DNA of 63,559 bases, filler included, from Sluysia triapertura (taxonomy: Eukaryota), in NCBI GenBank assembly GCA_046118255.1. It is 5 parts of 5 records of this genome, joined end to end, with 100 filler letters (N's around TTAATTAATTAA, not from the genome) between each part and the next. Parts side by side here need not be neighbours in the genome. Positions count along the whole stretch, not along the records: positions 37,691 to 51,989 come from JBJNIA010263836.1; positions 52,090 to 63,559 come from JBJNIA010184413.1; 3 more parts are not named here. One strand, given 5' to 3'. Positions 41,569-56,389 of this stretch are shown here, in pieces (position 1 is the first letter of the stretch; each line of letters begins with the position of its first letter). The translations under genes and the position numbers were made by a program. The notes beneath the pieces are model-generated. The model did no database searches, had not been told where the DNA came from, and worked only from the letters and a program-made list of their open reading frames with translations.

Positions 41569-41790
41569 AAAGAGTTAATAAATAATAATAAGTAAATAAT
41601 AATAAATAATAATAAATAATAAATAATAAGAGTTAATAAATAATAATAAATAAATAATAATAAATAATAATAAGTAATAAATAATAATAAATAATAAGAC
41701 TTAATAAATAATAAAAGAGTTAATAAATAATAATAAATAAATAATAATAAATAATAAGAGTTAATAAATAATAAAGAGTACATAAATAAT
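41569..41790. repeat. Compound minisatellite (aagagttaataaataata + (aat)n)
   Basis: About five copies of aagagttaataaataat separated by aat runs. Confidence 0.9.
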
Positions 41791-41809
41791 AAAATAAAAC
41801 TTTAATTTC

Positions 41810-42130
41810 CTCTTGGAATGATATATACAAATCTAAATCATAAGAAAAAGGAAAACGTTCTAACGTCAACAATGAACACCTTTGTATGGGGATAGATACA
41901 GTCGGTAAAAGGCTTATATTCTGGTGTTTTGTAATAGATTGGCATAGACGCATAGCACAGTGTAATAAAATTCTGGTTACAACTTCGGTATATGGAGATT
42001 TCATTACGTTCTCCATATTTTGATATTGTGCTACTTTAGTTTATTCGCAAACATGCATGATAGTTTTGAGTCATTATTTGTACGAATGAGGTCGAACTCA
42101 ATTATCTGTAATTCCCGAGGTTTATGTGGT
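41810..42130 (-). mobile_element. Gypsy integrase N-terminal fragment
   Basis: HCAMRLCQSITKHQNI.....SIPIQR resembles the C..C..CQ..K.......IP..RF region preceding DIVGP. Confidence 0.45.
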
Positions 42131-45100
42131 GGAATCAGTATAGAAATATCACAAACAAAACCTATAACTCGTAATGAATGTCTAGCCTAAATCACGCATT
42201 CCTAGATCATTTAATAGTTCTTTTAAAATCTCTATTTCATAACTTTTACAACTAATTAATTCTCAACGTTATTCAATAAACCATTTTAATAATAACGTTA
42301 ATTCATTAAACAAATTCATTCTACACATCATCTACTGACTCAAACAATATATAATTTATTTAACAATATAATTCATTAAATTCACTTCGTATCCATACGT
42401 TTCTAGATAATCAAATGACACCATGTCACAGATTACAATATTCAGTACATCCACAAAATTGATAAACAGACACGAAAATGATATCTGAATTTCAAACACT
42501 ATTGACAAGAAGAAACAATAATGAAACAAAGTCGCTTAAGTAAGATAAAACTTATCAATCAAAACTTATAACTAATCGCTCCGTTTATTTCTACAGAAAA
42601 CAATCGTATTATTACTTTATAAATAAAAATTTATTTCAAGATTTATTTATGTAAAAACATTTATTACAGCATTTATAATAATTAATGTATAATAAAGTTA
42701 ATTATTATTTTATTAATTTATTATTTTCACATTAAAATTATATATTCATGTGAGCTTTAAACTTCGACAAATGGTCATTTTGCATAAATATAATAAAAAT
42801 ATGTTCATTTCTATTCATATTTAATAACCACATGAATCAAAACCTGGTGTTTTCCATAGAACTTTTTATGATAGTTAATTCTACATGTTTAATAATGTTT
42901 ATTTAACCAAATAAATACTTTTAACAATTTACTGTCAATTTGTTAAAATAATTTTTCTACCTAATTTAAATTCGTGTTTTGGTTATTTATAAATTCAATT
43001 ATGTATTGTCACAAATTTATCATATTTCATTATCTACTGAAATGATATTTTCTTTTTCCTTTTATTTATATGTTTATTATATAATAAATTTCATTCGAAA
43101 TTATATTAACTATAATGTTTAGTTTAATGTATCTATTTTAAAAATAAATAATATAAAAAAATACATCAGTATTATAAATTATTTTAAAAATTAAATTTTT
43201 GTTTAATAAAATAATTAAAAAACAAATTTCAGTGCTTTAATTATCTAATAAAATAGTTAATTTTAATTAGAAAAGTTTTATTTTTATTGTTTTTTTTGTT
43301 AAAGATTTTAGAATGAATTTTCATTAAGTAATAAATGTAAAAACAATAAATGTTACACTTAAAAAATGTTTACATTTACATATTTTTAATAATCTCTTAG
43401 AGATACGAATAATGAAAATAACTTATAATACATTAACATTAAGTCTTACATCAAACTAATTAGGTTTGTCGAATTTTAAATAAATAATATTTAATGAATT
43501 TAATGCATTAAATTTAATCCATTTTAATGTTTTAAAATGTTATCCAATATTTTACTTTTTTATTATTCAAAAAATAATTAATTAAATTATATAAATTTCG
43601 TTAAAATAATTAATTAAATATGTTTAAAATATAAATTTACACAGTAGTTCATATTATTAATTAATTAATTATTTTGGAAGTTTTATTTATTTTACTTATT
43701 TTATTTTATTTATTTGTGGATTAAAAATCAGTCGTCTTTTTTGGGAATCAAACTATATTTCAAATTAAATTAAAATTCACAATAAGTTTAAATCGAAAAT
43801 TTACAGAAATTGAAATAAACTACTGCGTCAGTCAAATCATGGCCAAGTAATAAATGATCCATATAAAAATTAAATTGTATTTTTATCTAAAATAATGGTA
43901 TTAAAACCTTACTTAAGATTCTTCAACCGTTACGAAGAATCTAATTAAAAAAACAATTTTAAAAATGGAAATAATTAAATAAAAACCTTCTTTTGAAGTG
44001 TATTATACTTTGTATTTATTAGTTTAGTTTTATTTCTTTAATTATATCTTTATTACATAATAGTAAATTAATTGTTTGATGTGATAAATGTAAATTAAAG
44101 ATTAATTATTTTACAATTTTTATATAATTAATAATAACAATAATTATTGATAATATTATTGTAGAATGTGATAAAGTAACAGTAGTGGTATTTACCTTAG
44201 TGATAATATGTATTCAACAAAGTTATTTTTATCACAATTAAGTTTTTCTTTATATTACTTTTTCTTTTTAGGCCAAAAAGAATTCCCATTATATAAATTT
44301 TTCTGACGAAATTATTTCGTAAGTATTAGTTTATCTTTTTTATACATTGAATTAGTAGAAGAAATTCAAGAATATAAACATACTGAATTTAATTTATTAT
44401 TTGCAAATAAAGTTATTATTATTTATTATTTATTATTATTAATTATTATTTAATTATTATTATTAAATAAATAAATGGTTTTATAATTTTAGAAATTTCG
44501 TATTTTATATTGCATTAAATTATTGTAACCATATAGAAAGAAACAAATCTATTAAAATATAACCGAAAATATTTTATTAAAATAATAAATAATTAATTAA
44601 AAATCATAATTATATTTTTTAAAAATAAAATAAATAATATAAACAATATTTTAGGAATAACAAAAAAAATTTTTCATAAAAAAATATTTTTTGTTTTAAA
44701 TTATAATTTATAATAAAGATTATTAAAATTCTTGAATTTTCTTTAATCGATCAGCTGAATGAAACAAAAATTCTTAAAAGAAAACCAACTTTATTTAGGC
44801 AAGTTGTGTTTCTTTCTAAATGAGAAAAAATTCAAAAAATTAAAAGGATTGATGAAAAAGTTAAATCTGAATATTGTATTAACATTGACAATGAATTATT
44901 TAAAAAATGTACTAATTATGAATATATAAAATGAATAAATATAAATAAACATATAACTAAATAAATAAACACGACAATAATATTATATAAAAGAAAATGG
45001 CTCAAAAATCAAAAAATAAATCATAAACACATAAAACAAAAGAACGACATTGTACCAAGCTTGTTTTTATTATCTTATATGAAAGAAACAATGATTTCAA

Positions 45101-45489
45101 TAGTCATAAGTAAATCATATCAAATAAATATACTAATTGCATAATTGAAGGTGATTTACTCATCCTTCAGAAAAGTTTACTTCTACGTCTTAAACTATTA
45201 GTTTCGATTTTAAATTTTTATATAAATTTATATAACTTTTAGGATTTTCTGGTTAGTAATGTGAGATTAAATAATTTGTACGATTTTTTGGCAAAAAATT
45301 AAAAAAAGAATATAATTTGTTTTATGTCCAATGGCAAATTGTTCAAAACTTCTGATTCTTCTATTGTCCTATTATGTGTTTGCATAAATTGCAATATTTC
45401 TTTAAATTATTCAAAATGTTTCTTCAACCATTTTTTAATATTTCTTGTAACCCATTCTACATAACATTTTTTGATTTTAATTGAATTTT

Positions 45490-45917
45490 TATCGTGTAAT
45501 TTGTGCATAAGTTCCCATTTTTTTGAGAGGTCGCAATCCATGGCTTGTCAAAGCTCGGATCATGATAAATCACTCGGTCTGACCGCGGTGCAACGTTTAA
45601 ATCAAAATTTCCCAGTGTTAAATTTCGAAAACCACATTTGTGCTGTTCCTTTTCTCCATAAACGCAACAAATCATTCTGGTTGCTTCTTCAGCGTTTAAA
45701 TGTTGATTAAAATAGAAAAGGAGTAGATGTAGGAAATGTTCATTTTTACCTATCTGACACTCCATTTTAATGAGGGTAATGAAAGTGAAAGTTAGTCTGA
45801 AATAATTTAATTAGATAATTCAGCTGAATGAATATAACTCAAATCAGTTAAAACAAGAAGTTGGTGTGTTTTCGGTGCAACAAATAAAACCGCACGAACT
45901 TATGCACCAACCCAATA
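45490..45917 (-). mobile_element. Internally deleted mariner element (transposase N-terminal HTH + TIR)
   Basis: EHFLHLLLFYF.....AEEATRMICCVYGE....F.....GNFDL..APRS is the mariner HTH. Terminal TATTGGGTTGGTGCATAAGTTCGTGCGGTTTT on the minus strand (45886-45917). Degenerate partner tgtgcataagttc near 45502. Confidence 0.9.
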
Positions 45918-48900
45918 GTTTCCATGAAAATTATTTTTATTTCTCTTGAGGTAATTTAATTTGAAAAAGTCTTTTAAACGAAGTTTAATTAATTAATTAA
46001 ATTAATTAAATCTCCACATTTAAGTTTTTCAAATCTAGCTATTCTCAACTTTGTGTGACCAATTAACAATTACTTGTTAAAATAAGTACCAAAATAGTTA
46101 AAAATACTTCGAAAAACTTCAGACAACATTTTACAAAAGAGAAGACACATAAAAAAGGTAAAATAGATAAATTAGCGTAAATGATAGTCGACTATATAAG
46201 ACAGAATGAAAACTAGTGGAAATTTTAATTACAAAAGATAATGATAATGATATTATCAAAACTAAAATAAAAGTTTTTGTCGTTCAAAATCTTTGTAATT
46301 TAGAATTTTGATGGTGAAAGAATATCAAATGTTATAAACTTTAATGATTTTCATAAATTTCTTTAATTGTTTTAATTTTTATGATGTTAAAAATTTTAAT
46401 ATTGATTTCATTGTTTTCGTATATTTCAAAAAGTAAAGTAGAATAATTTTGGAAAACTTTAATGGAATATTTTACTAATAAATAAATAATTTATTAGTAA
46501 AATAAATAAATAAATAATAATAATAAATAAATAATAAATAAATTCTTTCTATATAGATGTAACTATAATTTTATATAATTTTGTTTTAATATAGCTTATT
46601 AATTTATAAAAAGAAATATTTCATTTACATTATAATTGAATTTAAAATTTGATTTAGCTTTTATTATTCGTTTGTTTAGCAAAAAACATTAATTCTTTTG
46701 ATTTATTTTAATGAATAATTGACCAAAACAAAACAAAAAAAATATAATATTATTATTTAATAATTATTTTATTAAATGTTCAATTACTATTTAATTAAAA
46801 TAATTATTTGAAATAATTTTTGTTTTTTTCATAAAATATATTAAATAAATTTTTTTGTAATTATTGTTTATTTTGTTTCAAATTATTTTCTTTATATTTC
46901 AAATTTGCTAACTAAATCTCATTAAAATACTATTATTAATGTAAAAGTTTATAAAATAGACAAGTTTTACTAGCTTATTTCACTAATTAAGTTTTCAATT
47001 ATTAAATTCTTTATACGTTTTTATGCTTTATCCAATTAAACGTTCAAAATTATCTGCAAAAGGATTTTATAAAAAAACATATATAGACATAGTCGGAAAA
47101 AATTTAAAAATGCTTTTAATTGAATTTTAAAAATCATGCATTTATTAATTAATTTAAATAATTATCCATAGATATTTTGAAAAAAATAATAAAGATAAGT
47201 AAAACATCGTAAATTGATTATCTCTAAAATCAATATGTTCAAATTTTGAAATGCTTTCTTATTGATCTTGTTCAGTAGTTGTAGTTTCATTTTTAAATAA
47301 TTTTTCTTTGCTTTTATTTGAGCATAATTTTAAACTATCAAATAGCTTAATGAGATCATGCAGATTTTTTTATACATTTGTTGAAATTTCTAGTTTATAA
47401 AGAAATATATTTAAATATATAATACAATTTAATTAATTTAATTTTTAATTTTTAATTTTTATCTATTCAATTTAAACTCACAGTGTTTCATGAAATAGTC
47501 GAGTAATATAACAAAATTCATTTTATTAATATTGTCGGATTGGCACTTATAATATGAAAATATCGAATCAAGACCTTCATAAAACAAATTATTCTTAACA
47601 TTCGACTTATTGCAATTAGAAAATAACATAATTTGGGATACCAAAGAAATAATACAAGAAATTTATTGACAGTAAAATTGTTATTTTAATTTTACAAATA
47701 TCTAATAAAACTTCATATATAATTTTCATAGACAGCGTATGATTATTTCGCACTAAACATTATTTCAAGTTCGTTTTGATATAATAATTCAGTTAAATAT
47801 TTTTTCATCAGTATTTTAATGTTGGAATTACAATAGTAAAATTTTTTTAAAAAATTAATAAAAATAAGAATAATCATAACAATACGGCAAAAAAATAAAA
47901 TAATAAAAAGGAAGATAAAAAAATTAAAAATTAATGAAAATAACAATGATAATAATATTTATAAGAATTAATTTTAATTTTAGGATGAAGTTATTTTATG
48001 AAAGCCGATATAAGTGTAAAAGTGTATAAGAGTGAAAGCGTAAAATGAAAGTGAATAAATGAATAAAATAATGTATTATGATTCGGAATTAGAATATTCA
48101 AAATTAACTTATTAAAACTGTTCATATTAAAATTATAAAAATAAAAAAAATTGACTTTGTTTTTTGATTATTTTTCTTTAATTTGACAGTTTGATTATTG
48201 ACGTTTGTTGTCTTATATAATAAATTTATTTACTTGGTTTAAACAATTACAAATCTGACTTTAGACTTCATAAAATCACTATTTTCTACAAAGAAAAAAA
48301 TTAATCTGAAGCTCGAAAAATTAGCATTAATTTAAATTTTCAAGTGTCAAAGAAATTAAAATTGCTATACTTACTTGCTAATCATTTAGCTAACTTTGTC
48401 GATCATTATTATTATTATTAAAGAAGAATAATAATTAATAACTTATTTTTATTTGTTTATTTAAGAATTTTAATAATTTTATAATCTATAATCTACACAG
48501 TTTAGATATAATTTTTTAATATCTTATGTTGACTTTTTATTTTTTTAATTTAAAATATGTTTTCTGTTGTGTTTTAGTTAACATTTATTACTACATTTTA
48601 AAGGATTATTCTAAGAGTCTGTTTTTCCAAAAATTATAAATGCTACATCATTATAAATGCATCATTATAAATGTATCTATAAACTTGACTATTTTAACTA
48701 TATCAAAATTTATTTTAAACTTTCATTTGGATCTTTTTAATAAATTTAGATTTTAATAAAATTTACAAATATTAATGAAAAAATTCACTTTTGAATTTTT
48801 CATTTTATGCAATAAATAAACAAATATTTTAATGAAATAAAAATTATTTGTTTAAACTTTACTTTTTAAGTTGCAAATAAAAACATTTTAAAATATTCTT

Positions 48901-51900
48901 ATTATGATTTTTAATATATGGTTTTAATTATGAAATTAGTGATGAGAAAAAAATCAGATTTTATATTATTTTGAATAAAGCAAGGCTACACATTGTTTTG
49001 GATAATTTAATAAATGTTTATTACTTAGCATAATTGATTAAAAACAAAAATTTAGTTTTATTGATTTAGCAACATATACATATTTCTAAACTAAATTTTA
49101 TGTATCATGGAATATTAGAATTTAAATAAAAATATTTATATTATTTAAAAAAAATACATAAAAATTTTAAAATGTTTTAAAATAAATTTCATTTTTCTAC
49201 TGTATATTAATTAAAGTCTTTCAGTAATTAAGAAAAGAGTTTATTTAATATAGAAGTGTCCTTAAGCAAAAAAATAATTTAAATAAATGATAAATAAACG
49301 ATTAAAAATGTTTTTAATTTTTTAAATCGTTTTTTTAATGCTTTTTAAATTGTATATTATAAACAAATGCACTTTTATTTTTAGTTTTATAGAAAATTGA
49401 AGGAAATGTTAAAATATAAATAAAAAATTAAATATACAAATAAATAAATAATCTAAATAAATACATTTTTTAACTTTAAAATTTATTGAATTTTAAATAT
49501 TTAGAATTACTAAATTTGAAATGTAGTGCAAATAGTGGTATTATTGCGAAAATGTGGTTTATTTCGAAGATGTAAAAATTTAATGTCAAAACAATCTTAC
49601 CATTTGTGTTACTTTTTCTTATTTATACTTATTTTTAATTAAAAAATTTAATTATTATTATTTTAATTATTTTTAATATTAAAAAAAGTATTTTTAAAAT
49701 TTAAAAAATCTGAATGATTTTATCAAGGTAACTGACCTAATAACCAAATGTATAATAAATTTTATAATATAAACAAAACAGTCTTAATCTAATTACAAAC
49801 AGAACCCAATTTTCTTTGTAATCTGACATAACACGATTGCATTTGGGAAGAAGTTTGAATTACAATCAAATATTTACCTGTGGAGATGCACTTATACAAA
49901 CGCTTGTATAATAACGTTTTAAATGATCAGAATTGTCAAAAATATTTTGGCGAGATTAAATGGTCTGAGATTTGTTAAGCAATGATTTAAAAAAATGCAT
50001 ATCGATCAATTTTGATTTTTTAACATTCTAAAGGAATTTTAAAAACTTATAGCGATTTTTTAAATTAATTTTTAATAATTTATATTATTATATTATTTTA
50101 AACGTTCTATTTATTAATCTAAATATAACTTTAATTAATTAATTTAATTTAATTAATTAATTAATTTAATTAATTTACTATTGACTTAATTTACTATTTT
50201 CTAATGTAACACTGTAAAATAATATCACGACATTTCATCCATTAAAGCTTTAGATATAACTTTAACAACTGTGTAATATTTGTTCATATAAAATTGAAAT
50301 ACATTTTAAGAATTTCTGTAATTTATAATTAAAAAATAATTATAATAATTATAAAAAATAATTTATAATTATTTATTAATATTTGTAATATTTAAAATAA
50401 ATTTATATGTTTATTTTTATTAAAAATAGTCATTATTTATAAACAAACAAAAATAATTCAATTTTTAATCATTGAAATGTTACTTTACAGATCAGACAAT
50501 ATTAAAACAATAATAAGAAAATATGGATAAAGTAAAGCTTACACTATGTGACTGTATATTTATTTGTAGTATCGTTTAATATTTGCACCTCGTAAATTAT
50601 ATTTATTTTTGAAACCGTTGTTCGAATAATATTTGTTCAACCAAGAACCAAAGTTCGCAGTTTTTCAAAATGAAATATTTTTCTTGTTACCGTTCCAATT
50701 TCTAAATACAAAGAATAATTTTTTAATAAATTATTAATAATTTTTAATTATTATTATATTTATTTTTTAATAAATAATTTTTAATTATTTTTAATTTTTA
50801 ATTAATAATTTTTAATTATTATTTTCTGTTTTTTGTGAATAAATCTAAAATAATTTAATAAATTATGATTGCATTTATTATTAAACAATTAATTTTTTTA
50901 ATTAAACCTTTTAAATTTTATTATTTTAATTAAAAATAAATAAAAGGAAATAAAAAATTAAGCACATAAATGTTTATTTTCCTTTAAAAATATAAAATTC
51001 TCTATAATTTAATAAATCACTTTTTTGTACATTAAAAAATAGTCTAATATTATGTTTTAATATTAATAATGATTTATTCATTATTACTTTATATATTACT
51101 GTTTATATTTTACACTATTATCAAAATAATTTCATTATTCGTCACAATATTTATGATAATAATATTATTATCTTAATAATAATATTTTCAAGAACTTCCA
51201 ATTATAGAACCTTTTGTATAGAAATTTGCAACATATAATAAATCAATAATATCTTAAAGCGTCATTTTGAAATTTTATGTATGAAAGTTTGACAACTATA
51301 TATTTTTCACATTATTATTTTTATTATTATTTATTTACTTAATTTTAATTGTTTAATCATTTTTATTATCATTCTTTTATTTTATGACATTAAAATGTTT
51401 GTTTTCCATTTTTATTTCCATTTTTAAACATACTTAATTTAAAAAATATCAAAATATAACATTCGAATTGCAGATGTTATGTTTTATTTTGTATACAAAT
51501 AATTAAAAAAGGCATTCTTTATATTATTTACATAATTTAAAGATATTTATTGATTATTATAAATATTATAAAAGCATAATAATGACAATACTAATAATAA
51601 TAATAGCAAGATATAATTTCTGATTATATCTAAAATAAATAAAATATTTCATATGAAACCGACCAATTTTTATATCATTAATTTTATATAAAAATTTTAA
51701 AATAAATTGTAATAATTATAATATTTATTATTAACATGAAATCAGTTTTAGTAATAATCAATATTATTATTTCTTATATTTTGTTTTTATAAGTATTATT
51801 ATATAAATAAAAATCAGTAAATACAATTGATAAATAGAAATTATACCGTTTGTAGTTATATTCTATTATTTAATATTAAATAAAAAATAAATCATATTGA

Positions 51901-51989
51901 GTAGCACTATAAATCAGAAGTCGACAACTGGCGGTCAGTCTGTCAAAAAATGTTTACTTTATTACAAGTGTGTAGATTTATAGTTAAAA

Positions 51990-52089
51990 NNNNNNNNNNN
52001 NNNNNNNNNNNNNNNNNNNNNNNNNNNNNNNNNTTAATTAATTAANNNNNNNNNNNNNNNNNNNNNNNNNNNNNNNNNNNNNNNNNNNN
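51990..52089. other. Artificial contig-joining spacer
   Basis: 44N-TTAATTAATTAA-44N. Confidence 0.97.
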
Positions 52090-52145
<56 letters not shown>

Positions 52146-53619
52146 GTTATTATTGTTATTGTTATTATATTAGTAACAAAAGCATTAACGTGCTTATCAC
52201 AATTCAAATTTACAAAATAAAAGGTTATCTAAAAATATTTTGGATTTAAAATTTTTTAATTTTTCTCAATTTATTAGATCTGTACTTTCAAATATATTGC
52301 TTTCCTTGCTAGTTCTTATTTCGTTTGATTTCTCAATGATCATCTCAGAACTGGTAAAAAATTTCCAAATCATAAACAATGATTTTAATAGATAATAATT
52401 TTTATTAAAAAGCTTCAATTAATTAATCAATTAAATTGAAGAAAAAGTAAAAATAAGCAAAATTTCAAAAAGAACAATGTTTACTCAAGAGTCTGGCAAA
52501 AGAAGTTGATGGAAGCCTTTATTGTACTGTGGTTTTAATGTCCTAAACCTAACCTCATCAGCAAAAGTAGATTAATAGAGTCCGTCTACAATGTGCGACT
52601 TACGAATGGCGTACTTGTAGATACGTGAACGTAATTACTGTGTAGATTCAATGGGATAACTTACTAGTTAAGTTAAGAATCCTTATAATGCTTCTTGTAC
52701 TCTTAAAATGTAGCTTATCTTGTTAAGACTTATTTTATATTAAACGTTAACGTATGTTATATTAAATGCTAATGAAATCTTTGTTATAAAATCGTCTAAC
52801 AATCAATATTCTAATCTCTTTACAAATATGCGACTAAATAACGATCACTTTAAATATTTATTATAAACAATTTTAAACTAAATTATACAAAAATAATAAA
52901 AACAATAGTAATAAATGTAAAAACGGATGTTTATATGACAGTAATCATAATAACGAAGAATATGAATTTAATATGTAATTAATTTAACAATAATAATCAC
53001 AAAAAATATATTATTTCAGAGGATCTAGTCTAATATAGGCTCGGTCAAAAATTTTTGTTAATAAAGATTTTGTCATTGGTCTTAAGGACCAAGGGAAATG
53101 TAAATAGTTTGAGTAGTATTTTCTAACTCTATTCGAGTTTACAAAACTTATCAATTTAGACTTATTACTTGAATAAATTATAGTTGTCCGCTGTAATATG
53201 ACAGATAGTCAAACGATTATTATTGATCTCCAAGTCGATGGTTGTAGATTGTTAGCAAATCTAATTTCGTTTTCGGAATCACTTGATAGCGTTAAATTAA
53301 TTTTGGCCTATTAAAAATCTTAACAAAAATTGTGTGAGAATCTACTTCATTTATGTTTATTTATATGCAAAAAAGAATCCATTAGAATCTAGTAGATTAA
53401 CGGTAATGCATAATTTAATATCCATTAGTTAAACTCCATTAGGCAAATGATAATACATTAATTTTTTGAAAATCCATTAGTTAATGGCTAAAATCAATTA
53501 AACAAATGTAATTATTTTTTGACAATTTATTTTCGAAATTATAATAATAATATTTAATATTTATATTATTCTATTTTTAAAAATAATTAATTTTTTATTT
53601 CTTACTAAACAATAATAAT

Positions 53620-54300
53620 AATGATGTTGGTGGAGAGTCGCATGTAATCATGTTTTTGGATACTACACTCGCTGGACTAAGCGAAGGAATAAGTGAGGGA
53701 GGAGGCAAAATACAATTAAGGATGAAAGAGAGATCGTGTTCTCGGATATAGTCAAAAAGATGAACAAGTTCAGTTGCCATACGCACACAATCGAAACGTG
53801 GCAGAACTGGATACAGAAGCTAAAACGCTTGGAGCAGGTAGAGAAATTAGATTGTGGTTATTGAGATTAATGATTCCTCGAATCCAACCGAATTACAAGG
53901 CTAGGATTAAAGGTTACCAGAATATTGTGAAAATGCGCTAGGAAATAACGTTGCATATCGAAGATATCCTTTGCAGATTTTAAATCATCTTCCTTAATGC
54001 CGTGTACATCACTACGAAAATTAGACATCCGGCAATAAGGGCGAATTTTAGCCTCGACGTGATACTGTCTACTATATGGTGTGCAAGTCAACAGCGTGGT
54101 GACAAGCCACAAACAGAAGTCGCTCTTCGTCGAATACAGACGATGGTGGGTTATGCGAGCGACGTTGTCAAGATCTTTATCAAAAAGATTAGGCATAAAA
54201 GGAATATAACTCAATAGACGGCAACTTAAAAAGAATAGCCAAAAGACGTTGGAATCTCTTGGGCATATATATATTTTGCATTTCATGTTTGACATGCTGT
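53620..54300 (+). mobile_element. Possible R2/NeSL-like non-LTR retrotransposon C-terminal (restriction-like endonuclease) remnant
   Basis: GC-richer island with frame-hopping motifs LDV...SHKQK, RLGI...LKK.....LES..HIY..F, echoing the D.....K..KY and LGI tail of RLE elements. No intact PD motif seen. Confidence 0.35.
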
Positions 54301-54734
54301 GGAAAAGGCATCAACTCTAAAGATTAACGGACTTAATTTAAAGTTACTACTACCTTAACGAGGCAGTATGATGGGATATTAGCCAAGTCGTTCACTGTTA
54401 TGCATGACCTAGTAGCATTTAAAGGGCAAATATAAGTCGCTACATCGAAATTGAGTTCACTCTTAAATTTATTGGGCGTCTCATGCGAATTGGGAAAAAA
54501 GATGGAAAATTTATTTTCGTCACAATACTTATCTAGAAAGAAATAGAAGGACTTCGCTTGGTGCAGTCTCTGTGTTGGAGGGGTACATGATAATTGGTAG
54601 TTGAAATACTAAAGAAGTAATAAAAGTAATAAAATGCTACACATAATTAAATAATTAATCAAACAGTAAGTCTACAAAAATATTTGTTTTTAATTTATTA
54701 ATTAATAAATGACTTTAAAGAAAACCTACACTTA

Positions 54735-55184
54735 TTACATTTTCTTATTAAGAAAAGGATTAGAAGGTTTCGCAGCGTTGTTCTTAAGTTTATCATTTCT
54801 TTTATAAAAATGTTTTAGCTGCTTACGACGTCTATTTCTTTATTGTGATTTGGTTAAACCTGGTTAAAGGACAGGTTCTGGCTTTTGAATAGTTGTATTT
54901 AGTGAAGGTTGTCGAGATTTTGCTGTTGGTTGGGAAATGGTAATGGAATTATCATGATTGAACGTGTTGGTTAAAGAATTAGGTGTTCTTGTTGTATCAA
55001 TAACATATGTAACGCTGAAGTTAAACTTTTTTCAATAATAAATATCTCAACGTCTAACTGTAGAACGACACATCAGACAAGAAGGTAGATGTGCAGGCGA
55101 AGAGTCAAAAAGGAAGAAAAGACAATGAAAATGGAATCTGTGAGTGCAGGGCACACTGAAAAGCGCATTATTGTAGATTGCATT
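54735..55184 (-). pseudogene. RING-H2 finger + basic NLS-like reading frame downstream of Gypsy integrase
   Basis: After ttcag| a single 450-nt frame reads NAIYNNALFSVPCTHRFHFHCLFFLFDSSPAHLPSCLMCRSTV...RNRRRKQLK...KKM* with four internal stops. C-x-H-x2-H-x2-C...C-x2-C is the RING-H2 pattern. Confidence 0.65.
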
Positions 55185-56389
55185 CTGAACATAAAAATTT
55201 ATGACAAGACAATAAATAATTTTAATTATTATTATTAATGAAATTTGTTCTAAAGTAATAAAGAAATTACAGATTTTTAAAATAATACAAGATTGTGTTA
55301 TTTACAAACTCCGAAAAGAATCAAACAAGTTGGTTCTATAATATGACTTTTTGTTTGTGAGGATCAGCCATCGAACAAGGTCAGCTACTACATGACCAAC
55401 TTGTTTCGCTTAACTTTTGAGGAATAAATGAGCTCTACAGCGAAGAAAATTATAAAATTTATGAACCTGCACCAAAAGATTGGTATATTAGTATATAATG
55501 ATGGAAAGGAGTTGCATAGAAAATACATATAAAGTTTTATTATTACAATTTTTGACAAAGTTAAATTAAGATTAGTTTTAGTTAAAACATTATTTAATGA
55601 TTTTTGACTATTCGTGTTAAACATAATTGGTGTACTTAATGATTTTATTTCTATCCTTAATAGTTGACTTGCATAATTGTATCTCCTGAAATTTATCTAT
55701 AATTGTAACTCTTAGATCATACATTCTAATGATAAGCCAGAAGTCTATCGTATCTTGCGTTTCGATTTTTCGTAATATCCATATTCGTATGAATAACATT
55801 CGGTAAGCTGGTAAATGAAACAATTTGATACTTGAATGTGGAGCAATTAATCCGTAATGCAACCCATTGTACAACTCGTAGGCTATAATATTGGTATGGC
55901 TTACAAATGGGTTTTCTATATGTACAATATCACCGTCGTAACGATAAACAATCAGTGGAAATTCAATAGTTACTGATGCTTTTAGAGTTATAGAGAATCC
56001 TTGAAAAGTGAATGGTTTGATCCGAATTTTGTACTTTTGTTCCAATATCAATTTTGAGTTGTGTTAGTTTATACTCGAATTCCAAAATTAGTGTAACTTG
56101 AAATAATTGATATTCAAATAAGTCTTCACATGAGACTATCCAATAAAAAAACTTTGAAGACAAAATTTCATAGTGACATTAACTATTTTTGTATTATTTA
56201 AATTGATAGTAGCGTAAATATCCTTTTGACTGGAATCTAAAGTAATTCGAGGTTGATTATGTTTTGATATTAATCCTATCATGTGAGTATTTTTTGTCAA
56301 TGCTTGTATATCCGAAATATATGTTAAACAGATACAGGATTCTTGTGAGCATTTTATTTGCAATCCTGCTCTTCTCCAAGCATCTTGTA

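Noticed and set aside
41454-41783. Hydrophobic Y/L/F/I-rich ORF
   Set aside because: Translation of the AAT-rich minisatellite.
46000-51989. Short ORFs (47459-47644, 47743-47946) in the extremely AT-rich tract
   Set aside because: I/F/L/N/K-biased chance ORFs with no motif or splice support.
54576-54595. PPT-like GGAGGGG...TG
   Set aside because: Wrong strand for the adjacent minus-strand Gypsy, and no matching LTR was found.
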